64,000 nt of DNA from NCBI GenBank assembly GCA_043228905.1, contig JBHGNT010000015.1:3224001-3288000 (forward strand). The letters run 5' to 3'. Below are positions 23,001 through 35,000 of the stretch, piece after piece. The first letter of the stretch is position 1. Every line of letters starts with the position of its first letter. Below the pieces are notes generated by a model. The model ran no database searches and was not told the DNA's origin. It was given only the letters and a program-made list of their open reading frames with translations. The DNA is from Azolla caroliniana (taxonomy: Eukaryota; Plantae; Polypodiophyta). Both the position numbers and the translations under genes were made by a program.

Positions 23001-26000
23001 GAAGATATTATTATACTCTAGTGTGTATATTATTTTAGATCATATCTGTCTTCATAGCAGATTTACATTCTAGCATCAAACTTGACTATTACAGATCTTA
23101 AAGGAAGAGGTTCATGACCTACTTGATCCAAATGCTTCAGTTATGAGCCGGTCAGAAACTTCAAATGGGTTAGGTTTTTTCATGGGAAGTTACAAGAATG
23201 CATCGACCATTAAGCCTTCCATACAAATTCGTGAGACTACCAATGGGGATATTATGCTCTCAGGTGTTAGGGAAATTGAGGTAAGAAATCTTCAGGAAAT
23301 GTCTTTATGCTTGCAACAAGGAGCACTTTGCCGTGCAACAGGGAGCACAAACATGAACCCATGCTCTAGGTGATCCCCCTTATTATTATTATGATTATTT
23401 TTGTAATAAAGTTATATTACAAATGGAAACCATGTTCCATGTTAACGTTGAACTGTTAAAAAAAAGATTTAAACCTTTATTATTTCAATCAATAAATGAT
23501 GTCTACAAGTTAATATTGGGCTTCATATTCAAGGTTTTATAGATATATCATTTGTGGTTGCTATATAATGTGGATTGAAATTGGACCCAAGAACAATTGG
23601 ATGGACCATATTCTTTGTAGTGTGAATTGATCTTGTTATTTATAGGAAATAGCATGGCATGGGTTTCTCTTTGTAGCAGTCCATTCATGGTAGAATTAAC
23701 AGTGAATTGCCTTTTCTAAACAGAAAATTGATCTTTCGAAGACAAAAGCTACAATATACCTAACTTGAGAATCTCAGATGTGCCAAAAACCAGATTCCCT
23801 CATTTCTTTTCTTTTCATGTTATTTACTTTTATATTTATTGTGTAATCTTTATTTTATTTTGATTTGTTCTCAAAGACGAGACAACACTTAAGATGTAAT
23901 CTCTTATTTGGTCTTATAGGCCATTTTGGCCTCTTAAAAGACATTAATATTTCTTTCTTTCTTCTTTCTACTAATGCTACAAGACAATCAAGGGCTACAC
24001 AAATGGGCTCCCAACCAGGTCATAACAAAGGGGTTACAATAGATCGGGAATAGCAATTTGTCGTGCACGTAGGCCCCGCACCCATGGACCATGACCTCAC
24101 CACCTTGTCATCGACAGATAAAGGCCATTATCTCTCGCCATCGCAGTTGCGTCCTTTGTTTCGGAGACCTCTCCATTCTGGATCGACCTATGCTAGAGAA
24201 CTTTCGAAGAAAAAAGTTATAATATATCTAACGTGAGAACCTTACATGTGCTGAAAACCTGATTCTTTAGTATCTTTTTATCTTACTTACTTTTATATTT
24301 ACTTTGTAATATTTATTTTATTTTGATTTGTTGTTCTCAAAGACGAGACAACGCTTAAGATGTAATCTCTTGTTTGGTCTTATAGGCCATGTTCGCCTCT
24401 TAAAAGATGTTTATAACTCTAACTCTTTCTTTTTCAAAGTTTTCATTTGTCATCGTCCTCATTTCCTAGCTGTACTCTACATTATGGTCATACCAACAAC
24501 AATATAATTTGTGAAGAATGGTCGTACAAAATCTTGAGGAATTTAAATCATTATGCATACTGTTCTAACTTCTTATTAGGAAAATACCATCTCTCATACA
24601 ATTATTCCTTGATTGGGTATAGATTGTTTCTTTTTCTTGATGATAATTCTTGATGTCAATGTACCCTTTTGGTTTGTATGTACAGTCGGTCACATGCAAT
24701 ATTTACTGTAACATTGGAGCAGAGAAAAAAAATCGATATAGATCTTAAGGAAATTAACACGAAAGTAGACAATATTGAGGATTTTCTGTGTGCTAAGCTA
24801 CACTTGGTTGATTTGGCTGGGTCAGAGAGAGCTAAACGAACTGGTGCAGATGGATTACGTTTTAAAGAAGGTTTGGTTGTTGTCCTCTTTTAAGACTATC
24901 TTCTTTGTCTTCATATTTGTTACTTTACAAGGAAGTCCCTTGTTTATTTAGGAGTCCATATAAACAAAGGCTTGCTAGCGCTTGGAAATGTTATCAGTGC
25001 ATTGGGTGATGAACGGAAGCGCAAAGAGGGTGGTCATATTCCATATCGGGATAGTAAACTAACACGACTACTTCAGGAAATTATTTTCTGCATTGACGAA
25101 ACTTAAGTTTTCCTACATTGATTCCTATTTGTATGTTAATTATCTTTTTGTTAAAGAGCTAGTCTGTTTAATGAAAACCAAAGATAAGCTGGAAAATAGT
25201 GTCAGTTCCTAGAGCTCATTGAAATATTAAGAGTTGAACCAAATTATTGCTGTTGGATAGACTTGTTACACTTATATGGAGTGAAGATTGGGGACCATAC
25301 CTCCACAATATAGAAGGATGTAAAAGGCTGGAATTGCTACTAGTTCCTGAGCAAAATTAATGTGACATCAGATTGCTAGAGGTGAGATGGGAGAAGTCAC
25401 AAAGGCACCTTTAGAGTTATGACTTAGATACAATGGATATGGGAACTAATCAAGCACCAATATCCATGTTTATTCTCAAAGACAAGACAATATTTTAAGA
25501 TGTAACCTCTCATTTGGTCTCATGGATAATTTTGCCTCTTCAACAATATTAGTATATCTTTCTTTCTTTGCCCATCTATGCATTGACCAGATCACGGTGA
25601 TTCCAAATGTAATTTGTTGGTATGCCCAACTGAATTTCGGTTTAAAGTACATGGCTTATGTATAAATGTTCTCCCACTATTTGAATGTACATTGACTGCC
25701 TATATTTAGTCATGAATCTTCTGTCAAAGATAAATAGAGTAATCAGTAAGTTTAGATTAGCCGTAGAGAGAACTTGGATTAATTTGAGAGTATGATATCT
25801 CATAAATTCCCACAATTAGGGGCTCACCGAGAATTGGTATGTACATGTCTCATAACTCCCCAATCACCATTTATAAATCGTCTTATTTGCCATTTTAATC
25901 ATCCATCTGTGTGATGTGAGCTGTCGCAGTGAGGAAATAATTTGAGTGACAAACTCATTTGAAGAATTAAAGACCTGCTACTACTGTACTCTAGTATTTG

Positions 26001-29000
26001 AGAAAGTACACGAAACTATCTGAGAATCAGAATCAGTGCATAACTCTGCCCCCTTGATGAGATCTTGAGATTTGGCCACCTACTTGGAAGATAGGTTTAG
26101 ATGAGGAGAGCTCTTTTCCCCAGGTCCCTGGACCAATATAGTTGAAATGATTACTTTGATCCATCTCATATTGTGATGCTGCATGCATATGTCTCACTGT
26201 CAGCGTGCTAAAACTAATATTTAATATGTTAAATACTGCAGGACTCTCTTGGAGGAAATAGCAAGACTGTAATGATTGGTATCTTCTAAATCTTCTGTAT
26301 CAAAGCATGCTCAATTATTCCATTTGGAGAAATGTTTGGTAATCTGGAATAGGCATTTAGCAAATAGAAGAAACTTCTAGCTCCAATATTACACACACAC
26401 AACGTTTTTCACAACAGTAACTACATTCAAAAAACATTTTCCCATAAGAATAAAATCATGTGTTATTGTTTGAAAGTTAATTAATCTACAAAACTGGATC
26501 CTAACACATATTCTGTGACCTCCAAAATTTGATGAAATACACTTTATTGAAAATGATTTGTTTGAGCTCTACTAGTTCTTATAAAACAATGTTCTGCACA
26601 GCTTGTGTCAGCCCAGCAGATACGAATGCTGAGGAGACCTTAAATACTTTGAAGTATGCTAACCGTGCTCGCAACATTCAGAATAAGCCGATTGTAGACT
26701 ACCCTTCTCTTTTTCACAAGCTCTCTTTGGATAATGGAAGAAATCTGTGGAAGATCTCTGAATCCATAAAAAATGGTATATCCTTCTAAATTGATTGATA
26801 ATACTCTGCAGGTTAATCGTGACCCCATTGCTGCAGAGATGCAGAGGATGAGGCAACAAATAGAACTATTACAAGCAGAGTTGGTGTGTGCACGTGCAGA
26901 TGGCAATTCTACTCTAGACTCTCAGGTTAGATTTATATAGAAAGAAAGAAAGCTATATTAATGTCCTGAAAATAGCCTAAAAGACCAAACAAGAGATTAA
27001 TCTTACAATGATGTTTAAGAATCCATATACCTAAGAACTTAAGATTTTAAACTTAGATACACTGAAACTATCATTTTTGAAAATCACAAACATGGAATTT
27101 CTGAAGAGAGGGAAGCACCTTTGGTGCTTAGTAATGATGGCATGTATTTGTCACTGACAAGGTTGATGAGGCTTTGGTCCTTATATTTAGTTGTATTTAT
27201 TTTTGTTTGTTGCTCTCAAAGATGAGACAAAAGTTTAAGATGTAATCTCTTGTTTGGTCTTATAGGTCACTTTGGCCTCTATAATTGTACTTTGTTCTTT
27301 CTTAGCCAGCTTGACCATATGAAAGTTTGGACTAGTGTTTTTTGACCTTGTCTGTAGCTATTGTTTTAATTTATATAAAAGGGATCTATATACTGTAGCT
27401 ATTGTTTTAATTTGTTGGTCTCAAAGATGAGACAAGAGTTTAAGATGTAATCTCTTGTTTGGTCTTATAGGTCACTTTGGCTTCTATAATTGTACTTTGT
27501 TCTTTCTTAGCCAGCTTGACCATATGAAAGTTTGGACTAGTGTTTTTTTTTACCTTGTCTGTAGCTATTGTTTTAATTTATATAAAAGGGATCCATATAC
27601 TGTGACATCTCTTTCTTTTAATTGATATATTCTCAGACATTAAAGTGTATATTCTTTATGAAATATTTATTATCTTTGATTGGAAAACAGAGAATTGCAT
27701 GGTTGGATGCAAGTAATGCAGAATTGCAAAGAGAATTGCAAGACTCTCAGGCAGCTTATGAACTTCTATCTCAACACATTTTAAAAACTCAGGTATAACT
27801 CAATATCCAATGAAATGTTTTTGCAGAATATTGAGGCTTAATATGGTAGTGTATTCTTAAACTAGAGGATAACACTGGCTTCAAGATATACTATGAGATT
27901 CAATTACTTGAGTATTTAGTCTTTTTTCTCTAATGGTGATTGGAAGTCATGTTTATTCTCTGTTCATGCATTGTTTTGGTCGTATTATTGTCCTCCAACA
28001 ACTTTGCTGTGCCCCTGTACTCTGTTTTCTGTGATATTTGTCTAATTTCTGCGTTTTCATGTTTGTCTAGTCCTGTCTGCCTAATCTTTGACCTAACCTA
28101 TGACCTAATCTCTGCGTTTCTACAATGTTATCTTAATCTTGTAACAAATCTTTGAATCCCTCCCCGCTGACGTTTGCATTCTTAACCTAACAAATCACGA
28201 GGAAAACATGCTGCAAGTGCTTGATGCAAGAAAGCAATGCAAATGGGATATATATAGAGATGGTAACCTCATTATTATACAGCAGAGAACCGCATGATGG
28301 TGTATGGCCTCTGAGATATTACGCATGCCTACATGGAACTGTGATGGCTTTGTAAGGACAAATGTTGGGTATTTTGAATATACCTTCAAGTACATAGATA
28401 TTTCTATGTATACAGACCCATCAATGCATTGCTAGTAAACTCCCTGATGCACAAGGATATAGATGGCAGTCGATATGTCGTCCCCAACCACGGATACCAA
28501 GACGTAGTAGATGCTCCAGAGGAGTTGCTGTGTTTTAACTTACTTTCTGATCCTGGCCTAGCCATTCCTGTCACTATGCTTTGTAGTTGCTTAAAACCAA
28601 GTAATAATTATGGAAAAACTCTGGAATACCTCTTGAGTTTTTATTTATTTCACAATGCACCTAGGCTTTCCTCATATTCCCAAATACACCTAGGCTTTCC
28701 TCATATTCCCAAATACACCTGGTCAACCCCAAAAAATAGAAAAGAGGATGAATTGACCTTGTAATTACTCAAGTGGCTCAATTAATTGATTGAGATGGGG
28801 TTAACCAAGAACATTAGGCAAATTACGAAAAGTTGGGTGTATTTGGTGAAATAAAGAAAACCTTGGGTATTTTAGAGTTTTTCCATGTACTTGTTACCTA
28901 TGATTCTCATATAAACATATTTTAGAACAGAAGATGTCATGTCTATAGTTGCCATGATTCTCAAATTTAATGTTTTCAACCATGGAAATGATAAACTTTA

Positions 29001-32000
29001 TGGATACAATTGTTTAAAGATTGAACGAGACAAACTGCTCCTGAAGCTGGAATATATTGAGAATGGGAAGAATATTCAAGATTTGGATAGTTTAATTGAT
29101 AATCAGGTTTTTTTTCATTTCAATTTGAGGAAAATGTACAATGTTTTTGGATATTTCAATGTGGATACTGTTCTTAGGAGTTATGATTGTCATTTACAGG
29201 ATGTTGGCATCCTGAAATCACAACTAGCACGGATACAAGAATTGGAGGGAAAGTTGCAACAATTGCAACGATCTCAACATGATGACAATAATCACTTGAG
29301 TAATCAGGAGTTGTGTATGGATGTATTACAAGAAAACCTACTAGTTTCTCCCACTTGCATGGATCTTGGAAGCAGGAATCCTGAGCCATTGAAAGTCAGC
29401 AATCTCCAAACTTCAGGTAAAAAATCACAACACAGGATTTTTTTATTCGATTCAGAGATGACAGATTTTAAAATTCACATAAGTTGAAAAATCATGACAT
29501 ACGAATTTTTATATTCCATTCAAACATGATATTGTTTCCATGCATTAAAGTATTTAAAACAAGTTTGATGACTCTCTTCCTCTTCAATAGAAATGAGACC
29601 TCATCCCAAAGTATAAGTAAGTCGATCAAAAACTCTATGGATCTCTAGCATATTTTATATTGCTATGAGTTAATATAGTTTATTGCTACCAAGTCCTCTC
29701 ATATTTCATCACACAGTCATCATGAGAGGATGACCTTTAGTCTCAAAGAGCAATGCATCCAGTGGTGAGATGGCATCTTTATTCTCACAAAAATATATTG
29801 TGTATCCAAAAGTGTTTTGAAGAAAGATATAAATTGAGTATCCAAAAATATATCTTTCCTTGTGATACATACTGCGTACACACCTCAAATTCTAGCTTTT
29901 AATTTGTTTCTAGGTGGTCTATCATATTTATGGCGAGATACACTTATTTCAATTCTATACATTTTTTAAACTGCCTTGGTCTCATATATATTTTGGGCCT
30001 TTTATAAATGATAACATTATTTTCTTTCGTTCAATTTGTAATATGTGAACCTGAAATGCCAAAGATACCCGTTTAATGTTTTTCTTTTGATTGAAAGAGC
30101 CTTTGTCTGTCTACAATCAACTTACAATCCACCAAAAGTAGGCTCTATGAGAACGGCCTATTTGTCTTGAGAATGTGCAGATAGTTTATATTGCTTCTAG
30201 TCTTTCATATCGTTCACTTTCATTTGATGATTCTTTTTTAAAAAAAAATCTAAATTTTTTACAAAAACTGTCTAACCTTTGTTAATGTAAAGTTTTTGTG
30301 GATGAGGAGGCGGAGACAATTGCAAAAGAATGGGAGCACACTGTCTTACAAGATACCTTAGGCAAAGAGCTTCAACAGCTGAATAAATGCCTGGAACAGA
30401 AAGAGGTTATAAATTTGCTAGTAAACACTCTAATTGAATGATAGTAATGCCAATATACAAGTTTAAATCATGATTAATGTACATGCTGCAACAACAGGCA
30501 GAGATGCAAACATTTTTGAAGTCTGATGCAAAGTCATTAAGATATCATTTTGAAAGGAAACTTTTGGAACTTGAAGAGGAGAAAAAAACATTTCAAGTAA
30601 GTTATTTTCTGAAGACTCAGAAACCTATGTAGATAAACATTTCATGTGGTCTTTTTTGAACCCATGTAATTCCTCATGCATTAAGAAACAAGTTCATGTC
30701 CTGTACTATAGAGGGAGCGGGATGCTTTATTGGTTGAAATGGAGAATTTAGTCAGCATGACCGATGAACAAGCTCAAAAGATGAAGGAAATGTATGCACA
30801 AAAATTGAAAACTTTAGAGTCTCAGGTGCCTTCTTTCAGACATTTTTTTTTTCAGTATCTCTATTGCTGCATGTACTAACTGTAACTTACAGATAGCAGA
30901 ACTTAAAAAAAATCAAGAAAGTCATGCCCAACTGTTAAGGCAGAAGCAAAGAAGTGATGATGCAGCCAAGCACCTCCAGGAAGAAATTCAAAGAATGAAG
31001 ACACAACGGGTACTAGAGTCAAATATATGTAGATTACTGAATATTTCAACCAAATCATCAACGTAAGGAACTTAATGATCTATATGTTCTATCAAAGGTT
31101 AACTTGATGCACAGGATCAAACAAGAAGCAGATACTTTTCGAATTTGGAAAGCTACTCGTGAAAGAGAACTGTTTCAAGTAAGTGAGTTTTTAGTGAAGA
31201 CATATATTTGATGTGGAATTAATTATTCTTTGTTTGCATTAAGGTAATAAAAAAAGAGTGGAAAGCGTAAGCAATTGTTTAATTTCCATCCATTACGTTC
31301 TTCAGGAAGTCTTTACTTATGGCCTTCTGAATGGCAAAATAATATAGTATAAGTGACATGCTGTATTGAATTTTCATAAAATGGCATTCTTGGGCGTAAA
31401 TAAAATTCAGTGATTTTCGATTTAGAAATCTCTCTCTTCTCAATGACGTTCATTACCTATACATGCATACTAAGTTCTTCAGATATATGACACACAAAGT
31501 ATACTCTACTGTTATGTGAAACCACATCCTATGATGGAAAACTTGAAGACTCTCCTACCACTTATATCTGCTGAATGGCAGAAGTTATGATTCTTGTGAG
31601 AAAATTAATTAGCAAGCAAGGGCTATAAGGCTACATTGCTTTTTTTTTTAGAGATCAACCACTTAGGGGAATGTGAGTAATTTTGAGGTTTATAATTGAT
31701 CTTGTTATAGAAATTTTGTTTCCAAACAATATGTTCTCAAATTACATCCTACTGTTTAGCTCAAGAAAGAAGGGCGTCGCAATGAGTTTGAGATGAAAAA
31801 GCTACACACACTAAATCAACGTCAAAAGATGGTATACCTGATGTCAAAATATATTATTGATTTTATTTAATCTAATGTAATGCTAAATTTTGTGATCTTG
31901 CATTTGAAATTTCTTAATAGGTACTACAAAGGAAAACGGAAGAAGCTGCTGCAGCTACTCGGCGGTTGAAAGAGCTGCTTGGAGTTCGGAAACATATCGT

Positions 32001-35000
32001 CAGAGGAAGCTCGTGTCAAGGTAACCAGTAAATAATGTAGAATAGTATATTTTGTAACAAGATAACATTTTATGTTTGCACCTTTGTGTTTCTTTCTGCA
32101 GTTTAATAACTTGTAAATAATTCTGCATCTTCGCTTGTCTGCTTCTTGATGCAACATGTCAATGGAATGGCCACAAAAATCTTGCCAAAGAATGATCAGA
32201 TTAAAGTACAATTAAATTATATGTTGTAGTAAAGGCCTAGAAAATAAAAATTGTCTTTTGCAGGAACTGCAGCTTCTGATGGCAGTTTTACACAGGTTAA
32301 GAATTATTTTGTGCTTTCTGTAGTTTCCCTCAAATTCATGCATTGAGAAAAAAGGCCCAAATTAAAGTCATTAGAAATTTTTCAGATTAATGAGAGGGAA
32401 TTACAACAGTGGCTTAATCACGAGTTGGAGGTTGCAGTGAGGATAAACGAAGTGAGGACAGCATACGAGAAACAAAGAGACACGTAAGAAACTTAGGAAT
32501 TCCTATGTTAATGTTACACTGGGATTTCTTGAAGACATGTTTGCAATCGCCCCAATATTTCAGGAGTGCTTCAATAGCCAAAGAACTTGAAGAGTTGAGA
32601 AAAGTGGACTCAATTGAAAGTGATCAAGTTTGTGAAGCAACTTCAAATGATGGAAGTGACATGTAAGATACCAATATTATCAAGCACATTACCAAGTTAC
32701 AGATATCTAAATAGTGAATAATTTATACTTCTTGGTTAGGAGGTCATGAATCTCTCACAAACCTCTAGCGTAGTGCATAGTAATCATTTGTTCAGAAGAG
32801 ATCCCAAGATCGCGTCACATATAACATTTATAATATTTATTTGCCTTTCCAAACTTGGTTTGATACGAAACTAGATTGATGATGGTTAATTAGTTACTTC
32901 CAATCATGTTATTTGAGATATGCAAAGAGGCTATACAAAAGAACACATGGAACATAGAAACTTCCAATGGCCAGGGACATTGGCAGAAGTATTTGTGTGC
33001 TTTATGCAATGTTATATGTGTATGTGAAGTAAAATAGCATTATGGAAACAATCATATTATGACCACGTTTCCTTTAAATATCTTCAAATCATCAGAAAAG
33101 GAAACATATTTTCCTCTCATGCCATTGACATAATAATTATTCGTGTAAGTTATCATAGCAAACCAAATCTAAAAAATCATCTTCATGGCGAAGAACAACA
33201 GAAAGAGTTTGTCTAGCTTTCATAGTTTTGTCACCCTATTTTTTCTCCAAAATATAATGATTACTATTTCTATGCTTTTCAACAATTAGACCTTGTCTTT
33301 TCTTGGAGGAAAGGGGAGAAAGAAAGAAAGAAATATTAACGTCTTTTAAGAGGCCAAAATGGCCTATATGACCAAACAAGAGATTACATCTTAAGTGTTG
33401 TCTCGTCTTTGAGAACAACAAATCAAAATATAAATAAATATTACTCAGTAAATACAAAAGTAAACAAGATAAAAAGAGACGAGGGAATCTGGTTTTCGGC
33501 ACATGTGAGATTCTCAAGCTATATATGGTAACTTTTGACTTCGAAAGATCTCTAGCATAGGTCGATCCAGAATGGAGAGGTCGTCGAAGCGAAAGAAAGA
33601 AATATTAACGTCTTTTAAGGGATCAAAATGACCTATAAGACCAAATCAGAGACTACATCTTAAAATGATCTAATTGAAACAAAAAACATAATTTGAATGC
33701 AAGTTTTCCCATGATATCTTTTAGTTTCCCTTGAATACAAAATTTCCCGTGTTTTCCATGATATAAGATATGTCTTTTATTTTCAGGAAGCCTTCCTCCA
33801 CTGCTGCAAGTGCACGGCAGCACAGGATTTATTTTCTAGAGAGCTTGCTTAATGCATCTTCTAGTGCACTTGTAGATATGGCAGCAGAATTGTCAGATGC
33901 AGAAGAACAGGAGCATGCGTTCACAGACCAATCAAGGTGGCAGAATTTTCAGAGCTTGAATGAGGCGAAATTGCTCCTTCAGCATACATTTAATGCTGCA
34001 GCAACTGCAAGGTTTTCCTTTTTTCCCTTTTCCCTAACACATTCATTGTATTTTAGAATTTGTTATATCCATTAGTCAACAGTATTAGTGTTATTTATAC
34101 TCAAATGAATGATACAGAGGATTCGTAAAGTAGTCAGAAGAAAATAACTATTTTGGAGAAGAGATAAAGAGAGAGAAAAAAACTGTAACTAAGTAAAAAA
34201 TTAGATAAAAATTAAATTGACTAAAGATCAGTTACCTATACATTTAAAATTTTCAAGTTTGGATAGATTGTAATTTCTATCTTTGAAAGATCTCTAGCAT
34301 AGGTCAATCGAGAATGCAGAGATCTCCTAAGCAAGGGAATTACCTACGATGGCAGAAGATAATGTAAAGAGTGGTGAGGTTGTGGTCCATGAGGCAGGGG
34401 TTTCCATGCATAAGAAATTTCTATTGCCTAATCTATTGTAATTATTTTGCAATGTCCTTGTTGGAGGTCCACTTATGTAGCCCTTAATTGAACTGTAGCA
34501 TGAGTAAGAGTGATGGGGCTAAAGAAAGTTGTGACTGCTCTTTGTTGATGAGCTTGTGTGGTTGTATTGTTGTCCTTCAACAACTTCTCCCTGTGTCTCT
34601 GGAGCTCTAGCTTGGACAGCGCCGACCACCAATGGTCCTCATAAAAAAGCCTTGCTTAAAGAGGCAATGGTATCACCCTCTTATTTCATAAAAAGTTGTG
34701 CTGTAGCAAACTTACCGCTCTTTATATTCCACTGCTTCATGAAACATTCAAAAGATTCTTTCTTCTAGAGGGGTGTGTGCATATTGGCCTCACTCAATCT
34801 GTAACTAATGTAAAATGGTTCATAGCTGTCCTATTGCACTATACAGTGCATTGATGTATGTCCAGATAAGAGGACGTGATGATCCGTCTTCCAAAAAAAG
34901 TGTCTTATAGTGGGCCATCTGCTTACTGATCCATGTTGTTCTGTTATCCAATTTGATAATATCACTCTGTATCACTCTAGTTTTTTCGATTTTGGTCATT

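Noticed and set aside
33236-33517. Recurring small ORF ([15 protein letters not shown]..., also at 23865 and 58089) resembling a peptide gene family
   Set aside because: It is the LINE 3' UTR translated; the copies are intronic and lack consistent starts and stops.
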